DNA of 64,000 nt from Granulicella sp. (GTDB lineage: Bacteria; Acidobacteriota; Terriglobia; Terriglobales; Acidobacteriaceae): the NCBI GenBank assembly GCA_965277925.1, contig OZ255850.1:2855030-2919029 (forward strand). Direction: 5' to 3'. Position 1 is the first letter of the stretch. Every line of letters starts with the position of its first letter. Made by a program: the position numbers and the translations under genes. The notes beneath the pieces are model-generated. The model saw only the letters and a program-made list of their open reading frames with translations, was not told where the DNA came from and ran no database searches. Below are positions 45,251 to 54,188 of the stretch, piece by piece.

Positions 45251-45634
45251 ATGCCCCGTGTCAAACGGAGTACCAAACGCAACGACCGCCGCAAGAAGAT
45301 TCTGAAGCGCGCCAGCGGATATTTCCTCACAAAATCAAAGCTTTACCAGGCCGCTCAGGAAGCCGTTGAGCGCGGGCTGAAGTTTGCCTATATTGGTCGC
45401 AAGCAGAAGAAGCGGCAGTTTCGCTCGCTCTGGATCGTGCGCATCAACGCGGCCTGTAAGCTCAATGGAATGAGCTACTCCACGTTCATCAACGGCCTCA
45501 AGAAAGCTGGCGTAGGGCTGGATCGCAAGATTCTGGCGGATATCGCGGCCAATGACGGCGCCGGTTTTGCGGCGCTTGCGGTTACGGCCAAGGGCGCGCT
45601 CGAAGCGGCCAAGACGGCGCGGGCGGCGGCGTAA
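45251..45634 (+). CDS. rplT: 50S ribosomal protein L20
   Basis: MPRVKR...[19 protein letters not shown]...[10 protein letters not shown]. Confidence 0.98.
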   Translation: MPRVKRSTKRNDRRKKILKRASGYFLTKSKLYQAAQEAVERGLKFAYIGRKQKKRQFRSLWIVRINAACKLNGMSYSTFINGLKKAGVGLDRKILADIAANDGAGFAALAVTAKGALEAAKTARAAA

Positions 45635-45659
45635 ACACAAGAACCCGAACGAGATAGAC

Positions 45660-45696
45660 AGGCGCGGCTTCCATGCAGATGGGGTCGCGCCTTTTG
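45660..45696 (+). terminator. Intrinsic terminator after rplT
   Basis: AGGCGCGGCTTCCAT-GCAG-ATGGGGTCGCGCC-TTTT. Confidence 0.8.
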
Positions 45697-45839
45697 CCTA
45701 TTTAAGTGCGGTGGAAGTGCATTTTGTGTGGTTTCTGTGTGGTGGAAGCGTGGTGGGGGCGGCTCCGCTGTTTGCGTTCGCGTAGGTTGATTAGCTAAGC
45801 TAGGTTAGCAGGAAGAGTTGAACGCGCAGGAGGGCGGCC

Positions 45840-46094
45840 ATGGTGACAGCGACAATCTTTGAAGCCAAGACCAGGTTGTCGGAGCTGATCAAGAAGGCGC
45901 AGAGCGGCGAGACGGTGATCATCACGTCGGGCCGGGAGAAGACCCCGGTGGCGAGGCTGGAGCCGATCGAGCCGAAGAAGTTCAAGCGGCTGGGCGCGCT
46001 GGAGACCCCGGGCTTCGAGCTCGGCGATGCCTTCTGGGAGCCGCTGCCTCCTGGCTGGGATGGGGTGACCGGTTCCGAGGATGACCCATTGTGA
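45840..46094 (+). CDS. Phd/YefM-family antitoxin
   Basis: TIFEAKTRLSELIKKAQSGETVIITS...PVARLEP; GGAGG RBS. Confidence 0.92.
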   Translation: MVTATIFEAKTRLSELIKKAQSGETVIITSGREKTPVARLEPIEPKKFKRLGALETPGFELGDAFWEPLPPGWDGVTGSEDDPL

Positions 46095-46480
46095 GTGCGC
46101 TGCTCGATACCCACGCGCTGTTATGGGCGGTCTTGGATCCGGCACGGCTTGGGCGCGAGGCTGCCTCGTTCCTTCGGGACGAGAGTAATCGAATTTACGT
46201 CTCGGCGGCGTCTGCGTGGGAGATCGCGACGAAGGTGCGTCTGGGCAAGCTGCCGGAGGCGGTCACCTTCGAGGAAGACTTTGAGCGCCTCGTCACTGAA
46301 GTTGCGGGGTACAAGCTGCTGCCCATCGACACTCAACTGGCGCTTCGTGCCGGACGACTGGTTGGCGATCATGGCGACCCTTTCGACCGCATGATTGCGG
46401 CGCAGGCGCTGGCGATGGATGTTCCGGTGCTCAGCCTCGACGCGAAGCTCGACGCGTTCGGCGTGCGGCGCATCTCGTAG
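46091..46480 (+). CDS. PIN-domain (VapC) toxin
   Basis: LLDTHALLW, VSAASAWEI, HGDPFDRMIAAQA; overlaps the antitoxin stop (GTGA). Confidence 0.93.
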   Translation: MSALLDTHALLWAVLDPARLGREAASFLRDESNRIYVSAASAWEIATKVRLGKLPEAVTFEEDFERLVTEVAGYKLLPIDTQLALRAGRLVGDHGDPFDRMIAAQALAMDVPVLSLDAKLDAFGVRRIS

Positions 46481-46486
46481 GTGGCG

Positions 46487-47458
46487 ATGAATCGATGGGT
46501 CGCAGTCCGGCTCGGAGTTGCGCTGGGAGTGGCGCTGGGTTGTAGTCTCGCGGCTCATGCGCAGATGGCGCAGGCGCAGGCTGCTCCGCCCAAAGACGCG
46601 CCGCTGCAGGTGGCGTTTACGTTCGACGATCTGCCGGCGCATGGGCCGCTGCCGCCGGGGGAGTATCGGCCGGAGCCGATGCGGTCGATCATCACGACGC
46701 TGAAGGCCGAGCGGATGCCGCCGGTGTATGGGTTTGTGAACGGGTTTCGCGTGGCCGAGTATCCGTACCAGATGGAGCTGCTGCGCGAGTGGCTTGCCTC
46801 GGGAAATCCGCTGGGCAGCCATACGTGGTCGCATCCGGCGCTGGACCAGACCTCGGCGAAGCAGTACATCGCGAACATCGCCGAGGATGAGCCGCTGCTG
46901 AAGAAGCTTGACCCGCGCGGCGACTGGCACTGGTTCCGCTATCCGTTTCTGGAAGAGGGCAACCCGCTGGCCAAGCGCGAGGCGGTGCGGGGTTGGCTGC
47001 TGGCGCACGATTACAGGATTGCCGAGGTGACGATCGACTTCGGCGACTACATGTGGAACGACGCGTATGCGCGCTGCGCGGTGAAGCACGATGACGCCGC
47101 CATCGGCTCGCTGCACGACAGCTATCTGGCCACGGCGGCGGAGTACATCACGTACTCGCGCACACTCTCGCAGCGGCTCTACGGGCGGGATATTCCGTAT
47201 GTGCTGCTGCTGCATGTGGGGGCGTTCGATGCGAAGATGCTGCCGGACCTGATTGCGCTGTATCGCTCGCGGGGATTTGAGTTTGTGACGCTGCCGCAGG
47301 CGGAGTCGGACCCGGTGTATGGCGCCGACCCGAAGATCGATCCGAAGATTGCGTATCCCGGGGGCGGCCTGCTGCTGGAGCTTCAGGCGGCGGCGCGCAA
47401 GGTGGATACTCCGGACGCGAGCGAGCCGGAGAAGCAGCTCGATGCGATGTGCCGGTGA
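46487..47458 (+). CDS. Secreted polysaccharide deacetylase (CE4/NodB)
   Basis: Signal peptide; AFTFDDLP, LGSHTWSH, WFRYPFL, VLLLH. Confidence 0.92.
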   Translation: MNRWVAVRLGVALGVALGCSLAAHAQMAQAQAAPPKDAPLQVAFTFDDLPAHGPLPPGEYRPEPMRSIITTLKAERMPPVYGFVNGFRVAEYPYQMELLREWLASGNPLGSHTWSHPALDQTSAKQYIANIAEDEPLLKKLDPRGDWHWFRYPFLEEGNPLAKREAVRGWLLAHDYRIAEVTIDFGDYMWNDAYARCAVKHDDAAIGSLHDSYLATAAEYITYSRTLSQRLYGRDIPYVLLLHVGAFDAKMLPDLIALYRSRGFEFVTLPQAESDPVYGADPKIDPKIAYPGGGLLLELQAAARKVDTPDASEPEKQLDAMCR

Positions 47459-47460
47459 CC

Positions 47461-47499
47461 CCCACTCATGACGATACAGCCGTCATGAATGGGCCACCC
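47461..47499. repeat. Family-A REP, intergenic, opposite orientation
   Basis: CCCACTCATGACGATACAGCCGTCATGAATGGGCCACCC. Confidence 0.85.
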
Positions 47500-47553
47500 G
47501 CTGCAAGGCCCGAGATGCGATGAGATGACAAGCACGTGGACCCATGCGACTGG

Positions 47554-49353
47554 CTATGGGGAGGGATTTGTGGGCAGGTTGTTGGCTTCGCGCAGGAGTT
47601 GGAACAAGTTGTCGGGGCGGACGACGACGTAGTCGCTATCGAGCGAGTTGGCGACGTTGGCGAAGTCGATGGGCCGTATGTTCATCCAGGGCTGGGCCTG
47701 GATGAGGATGAAGCGCGGTGAGTTGCCGTCCCATCCTTTGGCGGCGTGGGCGATGGCGCTCTGCATGTCCGAGGGGTGGGCGCAGTAGTTGCAGTCGAAG
47801 GCGTGGGCCGGGAGGGTGTTGCCGTAGATGGTGGTGCCGCCGCCGGTGTTCTGCGCGGTGAGGCCGAGCAGCGAGGGAGCGTTGGCAGCGTAGGCGTCGC
47901 CGACGTTCTGGTTGATGCCGCCAGTGATGGTGTTCCAGACAGTGATGATGCGGAGGCCGGCGCGGTGGGCGTAGTCGGCTGAGGTGGAGATGAACTGATT
48001 GAGGTCGTTCGCGTCGGGCCAGTCGTTGGGGTAAGCGTAGCCGTAGCCGGAGGGGCCGGAGAGCAGTTCATCGTTATCGGTGGCGGTGGACCAGTAGTAG
48101 TTGAGTGCGCCCGGCATGGCGTCAACCATGGAGGGGGAGACGGTCCAGCCGATGGGAACCGTGCCGCGGGCGCCGCCTCCCCAGAGCTTGCGCATGAGGT
48201 GCTCAACGTACTGGAGATTGTCGCCGTCACTGTACTCAAATCCGACATAGATCTTGTTTTGGAGCGGGGGCGGGGGCGGCGTGGGTTTAGGCGTTATGGT
48301 GCGCGGCAGGCCGCTGTGAAAGGTGAGATTGGTGGAGTAGTCGCTGGCAACGGTGGCGATGCCCAGCTGCGAGGCATCGGTGACGCCGGCGACTTCGTTG
48401 GGCCACCATCCCATGACGATTTTGCCGGGGCCCATGGAGGTGAGGAACTGGTTGAGCAGAGGGCCCTCGGCGGGGTCCTTGGGGTTGAGCCAGACGGAGG
48501 CGCCGCCCACCGCGGTGGCGTATTCGCGGACCGAGCCGCTGATACTGGTGGGGTTGACCTCGAAGAGAATGCGATGCTGGAGCGAGGGCCAGAAGTCGTT
48601 GTACATGGCCTGATAGACCTGGAGCTTGGTCGTGTACTGGCCACGGAGGTCGATGAGGATGGGCAGGTTGTACGGCGGGGCGGTGAGGCGGGCGACTTGC
48701 GAGGGCGCGGCGACGAGTGCGTTGCGGGGTCCGGCGAGTGTGGTGGCGAGGTTGAGGGTGTCGATCAGGTTGGAGTCGTAGATGATGATGCCCTGCAATT
48801 CGCTGCGATACTTGGCGATGAGCGACCAGTTGTCCGAGACCTGGTTGTAGCCATAGCCGAGGGAGTCGAGCCAGGTGTACGGGCCTTCGGCATTGGCATC
48901 GCCCTCATAGGAGAAGATGCGCGGCTCGGTGAGGTTGACGACGCCCTTCAGGGAGGAGAAGAGGGCTTTATCTTCAGCAGGGGAAATGTTGGGATCCTGG
49001 GGCTGAGAGGGGAAAAGGATGAGGTCCTGGGTCTGCGCAGGCGCGGGGAAGGAGGGCAGGAGTTGAGCGGCGGGCCAGATGAAGGTCCGGCACACTGTGC
49101 CTTTCGGAACGTTCCGGGCGACCATCGAAAGGTCCTGGATATTGACGACGCCGTCAGCGTTGAGATCGGCAGCGGAATTGTAGCCGGATTGACCTTGTGA
49201 TTTCCCGAACGAGGCATGCACGAGGTTGAAATCGGCACAGTCCACGACGCCGTCTCGATTGACATCGCCCACGCTCTGGGTTGTGGCGGACAACGTTGAG
49301 CCTATCAAGAGAGAAAGGCAAATGACTGGTCTCTGCAACCGATTACATTTCAA
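47554..49353 (-). CDS. Secreted GxGYxYP-domain putative glycoside hydrolase with an N-terminal dockerin-like module
   Basis: Signal peptide; GDVNRDGVVDCAD...ADLNADGVVNIQD; MGWWPNE, YSDGDNLQY, SGPSGYGYAYP. TTG start is uncertain. Confidence 0.85.
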   Translation of the reverse strand: MKCNRLQRPVICLSLLIGSTLSATTQSVGDVNRDGVVDCADFNLVHASFGKSQGQSGYNSAADLNADGVVNIQDLSMVARNVPKGTVCRTFIWPAAQLLPSFPAPAQTQDLILFPSQPQDPNISPAEDKALFSSLKGVVNLTEPRIFSYEGDANAEGPYTWLDSLGYGYNQVSDNWSLIAKYRSELQGIIIYDSNLIDTLNLATTLAGPRNALVAAPSQVARLTAPPYNLPILIDLRGQYTTKLQVYQAMYNDFWPSLQHRILFEVNPTSISGSVREYATAVGGASVWLNPKDPAEGPLLNQFLTSMGPGKIVMGWWPNEVAGVTDASQLGIATVASDYSTNLTFHSGLPRTITPKPTPPPPPLQNKIYVGFEYSDGDNLQYVEHLMRKLWGGGARGTVPIGWTVSPSMVDAMPGALNYYWSTATDNDELLSGPSGYGYAYPNDWPDANDLNQFISTSADYAHRAGLRIITVWNTITGGINQNVGDAYAANAPSLLGLTAQNTGGGTTIYGNTLPAHAFDCNYCAHPSDMQSAIAHAAKGWDGNSPRFILIQAQPWMNIRPIDFANVANSLDSDYVVVRPDNLFQLLREANNLPTNPSP

Positions 49354-49441
49354 GGTATTCGACCCCGGCCCGAGCAGTATTTAAAGACGGATCGAAGGTA
49401 AGGCAATGCCTTGAGGTTTGTCAAGAAGAAAGGGAGCCAAT

Positions 49442-49494
49442 TGTCCTGCCACAATAGAAATGTCTCCGGTTTCAGCTCGATTGAAATGTCCCCC
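49442..49494 (+). mobile_element. Orphan IS end, IS1202-like
   Basis: Begins TGTC; two direct repeats ATAGAAATGTC (49454-49464) and ATTGAAATGTC (49480-49490); no transposase nearby. Confidence 0.45.
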
Positions 49495-49523
49495 TGGCTG
49501 TAGTTGGCAAGCGCGAAGGGGCG

Positions 49524-49655
49524 CATCGGCTATCCTGTAGATATGGCGTTCGCAGCGGAAGATCGTGGCTCTTCATCGCAGGGTGGTGGCGGGTCGCGGG
49601 TGGCGGGGGACCGTGAGGCTGGCGGGGACGGCCGGCGTTGGAGTCGTGGGGGAGG
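49524..49655 (+). repeat. Degenerate copy of the promoter and 5' end of the FAD-oxidoreductase gene
   Basis: CATCGGCTATCCTGT..ATGGCGTTCGCA.CGGAAGAT...GAGTCGTGGGGGAGG matches 52697-52832; the frame is lost before the SWGR motif. Confidence 0.88.
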
Positions 49656-49707
49656 GAGCCACCCGCCGGTGAAGGCTTGGCACTGCGGAGAGCACACTGT
49701 AGCCGAA

Positions 49708-51591
49708 TCAATTGGCTTTGCCCTCCATCTTGTCGACAATGGCGATCAACTGCGGATCCTGTTGCGAGTCCTGCCACATCGGATCGCTCAGGACCGAGAA
49801 AAGAAGTGATGAATGAACGTTTGCCGCCTTTTGCAGCCAAGTGATAGTTGCGGTGTGATTGTGGAGTCCGTGATAGATCAGCGCGATCAGGTAAGGATCG
49901 ACATAGGCGGACTTCGCCTGATACCGAAGCGATTCCATGCGCCGCATAGCGTCCTTCCGGTCTCCTGAAAGCGCAGATGTATATCCCGACTCCGCCAGAA
50001 GGATAGGAGGGGCAAAGCCGTTGCGCGTCGAGAACGCGTCCAGCACATGGACAGCCTCTTTATACTTTCCGAGCTCGGTCAAGGACCTTCCGAGACCGAG
50101 ATAGGGCAGCGGCGAACTCGGATCGAGCTGCATTGCCGAGCGGTAGGAGCGGACCGCATCCTCGTAGTGACGCTCGTAATAGGCTGCGCATCCGAGCTCC
50201 GAGATTAGCATTTCGGACTGGGGATCGTAGGACAGAAGTCGCCGCACCTCTTCTTCCGCACGCCGGGGATGTCCGGATTGCTCACGGAGATGGGCGGTGC
50301 AGGCGAGCATACTCATCGCTGAGCGGGTGGCGCCTTCTTTTTCGAGCTCCGCGGCAGCGCTGGCATAGTCCCAGTCGTAGAGCAGGTCGACGATGCCTAG
50401 TGAGCCGTGGGCCTCGGGCAGCGAAGGATTGAGTTGCAAGGCCATTAGCGCCGCCGTGCGCGCGATCGGCATGTGGTCGAGTGGCGATTCGTAATAAATC
50501 CCTAAGAAGAGATGGGCCTGAGCGAGATCCGACCAGGCGCGATCGAAGTTCGGATCCAACGCGGTGGCCTTCTGGAAGTGCTGGACGGCCTCGCGGAAGG
50601 CTTGTGGCGAATCGGTTCGGGTCAGCGCCTCCCCGCGAAGGTTCTCCTCGTACGCCGCCGGACTGTTCGTGTGCTGGCCAAGCGGAGACTGCCCGGTAAG
50701 CTTACCGGTATCGAAAGAAAGCGCCTGCAGGGTGTCGTGCAAAATGTCTGCCTGAACGTTGCGTAGATCCGGGGTATCAGAGAGATACTGATGGCTTAAC
50801 AGGATGCTGTTATTGTTTGTCTGAACGAGCTCGACGTTGAGGACCAATTTGTCCTGGTTGCGCTGCAGCCGGCCCTGAAGCACCGAATCGGTCCCGAGGT
50901 TGTGTCCTATGCTCTGCGCGTCCTGTGGCGTATTGCGAAACCGGAACACAGTCGTGCTGCCGATAACGCGCAGGCCGAGGACGCCGGCAAGGTCCTGGAT
51001 CATGCTTTGGGTCGTGCCATCGGAGACATAATCCAGCGACGGGTCCCCGGTCTGGTTGACGATAGGGAGCACAGCGATCGAGAGGGGTGCTCGATGCACA
51101 ATGGCAATCGTCTTATGACGGCGCCAGAGCAGAATGGAAGAAGTCGCGATGACCACAAGGCATACGCCGCGTATGACGGCCGTTGGCAGCCAGGAGCGGG
51201 CTGGAAGCCGTTCCGCTCCGACGCCTGCGAAAGGTTGCGGGGAGTTCTCCCCCAAAACGGCGACGAGTGGTGACATCTGCGGCAGCGCTTCCACCGGCGC
51301 GATGAAACGGTAGCCGCGGGTGGGAATCGTCTGGATGAACCTGGGGTCGCGGGAGCTGTCGCCGAGCTCATGGCGCAGGACGGCGATGGCGCGCGCCAAG
51401 GTATTTTCTTCGACAAAGGTATCGGTCCAGACAGTCTCGAGAAGAGTGTTCTTTTGGACCAGGTGGCCTGCATGGCTGACGAGCTGTAGCAGAACACGGA
51501 GGTTCTTAGGCTCCAGCGCTACCCGTGAGCCCTGGCGCAACAGGCAGAAATCCTCTTCGCGAAGCTCGAAGTCTCCGAAGCGATAGATCAT
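49708..51591 (-). CDS. Winged-helix (OmpR/CadC-type) regulator with TM, TolB-like and TPR regions
   Basis: YRFGDFEL...LEPKNLRVL...VEENTLARAIAVLR..LGD...FIQTIPTRGYRF; SIAVLPIVN; TPR repeats. Confidence 0.9.
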   Translation of the reverse strand: MIYRFGDFELREEDFCLLRQGSRVALEPKNLRVLLQLVSHAGHLVQKNTLLETVWTDTFVEENTLARAIAVLRHELGDSSRDPRFIQTIPTRGYRFIAPVEALPQMSPLVAVLGENSPQPFAGVGAERLPARSWLPTAVIRGVCLVVIATSSILLWRRHKTIAIVHRAPLSIAVLPIVNQTGDPSLDYVSDGTTQSMIQDLAGVLGLRVIGSTTVFRFRNTPQDAQSIGHNLGTDSVLQGRLQRNQDKLVLNVELVQTNNNSILLSHQYLSDTPDLRNVQADILHDTLQALSFDTGKLTGQSPLGQHTNSPAAYEENLRGEALTRTDSPQAFREAVQHFQKATALDPNFDRAWSDLAQAHLFLGIYYESPLDHMPIARTAALMALQLNPSLPEAHGSLGIVDLLYDWDYASAAAELEKEGATRSAMSMLACTAHLREQSGHPRRAEEEVRRLLSYDPQSEMLISELGCAAYYERHYEDAVRSYRSAMQLDPSSPLPYLGLGRSLTELGKYKEAVHVLDAFSTRNGFAPPILLAESGYTSALSGDRKDAMRRMESLRYQAKSAYVDPYLIALIYHGLHNHTATITWLQKAANVHSSLLFSVLSDPMWQDSQQDPQLIAIVDKMEGKAN

Positions 51592-51894
51592 CAGCGCACC
51601 TTCTGCGTGCTACGAGAACCGCCGCCAAGGATTCAGCGCGGCTCCGTTCCGGCTGCGGCCTGCTCCTGGAGGGAGGCGCCGCTGCCCATTCTATCTGCAG
51701 ACCTCAGAATCCGACAGCCAGTCATGGTGTTGGACACCGTTGCAGGGGAGGGCCACCACTTTATCTGGGCCGCCCTCATAAAAACATCAGGAAAACTCCA
51801 TAAAAGAGACCATGCAGATCTCCATAGCTGGGTGCTAGTCTGCGCCTCATCAAGTCTGTGCGGCCACTCAGAAGAGGGCCCTGAAGGGATAAAC

Positions 51895-52626
51895 ATGAAA
51901 AATACTATGCTTAACATCAGCCGCCGGTCCGCTCCCAGGTGCTTCCAATCCTGGGCCAGCTTATCCGGTATTGTCCGGTCGCATGCCAAGGTCTTTTTGA
52001 CAGTGATCGCGTTCGTGGCGACGCTCGCGATGTCGCGGGCCGCTAGAGCAGATTCCTATACCTTTTCGGTGAATGGAAGCGGCATCCAGGCGTCGGGAGT
52101 CATCCAGGTTTCGAACACTGGACCACTCGGGGCCGATACGGTGACGGGGATCACCGGTTCATTCTCTGATTCCAATAACGGCATTTCAGGCGCGATTACC
52201 GGGCTGGAGTTTGCTCCCCCTCCGACGTTCAATACTTCGCCTCCTGCAGCACCCAATACCTTTGGCGCTCCCGCGGTCACAGACGCCGGGTTTTCCTTCG
52301 ACAACCTCTTCTGGCCCGATGCGGACTCACCGGCAGTATGCACGGACGCGCTGGCGTTTTACGGCGGTTATTTTGACGTGTATGGGATGGCGTTCGACGT
52401 AGCCGGCGGGTACAAGGCCGACCTCTGGAGCGATGGCGCTTTGGGCGGATACCAGCTCAACGACTCTCTTAAGGGGGTTCCTTTCACACCCAACAATATG
52501 GCCGGCCTGGCCTACGCTGTGAATGTCAGCGCGTCGCCCACGCCTGAGCCGGGATCGATGTTGCTGGTTGGAACGGGGCTCTCTGGCATGGCTGTTCTCT
52601 GTCGCCGGAGAAAGACAGCTATATAA
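51895..52626 (+). CDS. PEP-CTERM sorting-domain protein
   Basis: C-terminal TPEPGSMLLVGTGLSGMAVLCRRRK; signal region ending ARA; GAAGGG RBS before ATG 51895. Confidence 0.9.
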   Translation: MKNTMLNISRRSAPRCFQSWASLSGIVRSHAKVFLTVIAFVATLAMSRAARADSYTFSVNGSGIQASGVIQVSNTGPLGADTVTGITGSFSDSNNGISGAITGLEFAPPPTFNTSPPAAPNTFGAPAVTDAGFSFDNLFWPDADSPAVCTDALAFYGGYFDVYGMAFDVAGGYKADLWSDGALGGYQLNDSLKGVPFTPNNMAGLAYAVNVSASPTPEPGSMLLVGTGLSGMAVLCRRRKTAI

Positions 52627-52715
52627 CGCGGACACTGCGGGGCCACGAACGGGAGTGGGTGCCGATGTATCTGCTCCCAGTCGGGCTAGCAAAATTCATC
52701 GGCTATCCTGTTGGT

Positions 52716-54188
52716 ATGGCGTTCGCAACGGAAGATAAGGTGGCTTCATCGCGGGCCGGTGGCGGCGGGTCGCGGGCGGCGGGTGAGGATGAGGCCGGCG
52801 GGGGAAGGCCGGCGTTTGAGTCGTGGGGGAGGTATCCGACCTATCAGGCGGAGATGAAGGCGCTGCACTGGCAGGGGGATTTTCCCAGGGCCATCGACGG
52901 CGTGCACCATGGGGCGCTGGCGGTGGGGATGGGGCGCAGCTATGGCGATGTCTGCCTGCTGAAGGATGGCACGCTGCTGCGGACCACGGGGATGAATCGG
53001 CTGCTGGGGTTCGACGCGGCGAGCGGGCTGCTGACGGCCGAGGCCGGGATTACGCTGGCGCAGATTCTGGATTTTGCGGTGCCGCGTGGTTTCTTTCTGC
53101 CGGTGTCGCCGGGGACGAAGTATGTGACGCTGGGTGGGGCGATCGCCAACGATATCCACGGCAAGAACCACCATGTGGCGGGGACGTTTGGGCGGCATGT
53201 GACGCAGTTTGAGCTGGTGCGCTCGGATGGCACGCGGCTGCACTGCACGCCGACCGAGAACCCGGATTTCTATGAGGCCACTATCGGCGGGATGGGGCTG
53301 ACCGGCGTGATGACATGGGCGCAGTTGCGGCTAAAGCCCATTGTGAGCCGGCTGATCGACTATGAGGGGATCCAGTTTCATGGGATCGATGAGTTTCTGG
53401 AGCTGACGCAGCAGGCCGGGCAGATCGAGTACACGGTGAGCTGGGTGGATGCGACGTCGACGGGGAAGAACTTCTGCCGCGGGATTTTCATGCAGGGCAA
53501 CCACTCGCAGGTGCCGGGGCCGCTGGTGCGGTCGGCGAAACCGAAGCTGGCGTTTCCGCTGGAGCTGCCGGGGTTTGCGCTGAATGGAGCAACGGTTGGC
53601 GCGTTCAACACGATGTTCTTCAATAAGCAGATGAAGCAGCGGGTGAGCGCGCTGCAAGACTATGAGCCGTTCTTCTATCCGCTGGACGCCGTGCTGAAGT
53701 GGAACAAGATGTATGGCAAGCGCGGGCTGCTGCAGTTTCAGTATGTGATTCCGTGGGAGCATGCGCGGGAGGGCACGGTGGCGATTCTGCAAGCGGTGGC
53801 GAAGTCGGGGCTGGCGAGTTTTCTGGCGGTGCTGAAGGCGTTTGGCGACGTGCCGTCGCCGGGGCTGATGAGCTTTCCGAAGCCGGGGATTACGCTGGCG
53901 CTGGACTTTCCGATCAAGCCGGAGAAGAGCTTTGCGCTGTTCGACCGGCTGGCGGCGATGACCCAGGAGTTCGGCGGGCGGCTGTATCCGGCCAAGGACG
54001 CGCGCATGACCGCGGCGCAGTTTCAGGCGTTCTATCCGCAATGGGAGCGGTTCGCGCGCTACAAGGACCCGGCGCTGACGTCGAGCTTCTGGGAGCGGGT
54101 GGTGGGCAATCCGATGAGCGAACGGGCAGGCGACATGTTCGCGGTGCGTGGAGCCGCGGCTGGAGCCGCAGATGGAGTCGCGCGATGA
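52716..54188 (+). CDS. FAD-binding oxidoreductase, DprE1-like
   Basis: SWGRY, GMGRSYGD, PVSPGTKYVTLGGAIANDIHGKNHH, YGKRGLLQFQ, TLALDFP, GGRLYPAKD. Confidence 0.9.
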   Translation: MAFATEDKVASSRAGGGGSRAAGEDEAGGGRPAFESWGRYPTYQAEMKALHWQGDFPRAIDGVHHGALAVGMGRSYGDVCLLKDGTLLRTTGMNRLLGFDAASGLLTAEAGITLAQILDFAVPRGFFLPVSPGTKYVTLGGAIANDIHGKNHHVAGTFGRHVTQFELVRSDGTRLHCTPTENPDFYEATIGGMGLTGVMTWAQLRLKPIVSRLIDYEGIQFHGIDEFLELTQQAGQIEYTVSWVDATSTGKNFCRGIFMQGNHSQVPGPLVRSAKPKLAFPLELPGFALNGATVGAFNTMFFNKQMKQRVSALQDYEPFFYPLDAVLKWNKMYGKRGLLQFQYVIPWEHAREGTVAILQAVAKSGLASFLAVLKAFGDVPSPGLMSFPKPGITLALDFPIKPEKSFALFDRLAAMTQEFGGRLYPAKDARMTAAQFQAFYPQWERFARYKDPALTSSFWERVVGNPMSERAGDMFAVRGAAAGAADGVAR

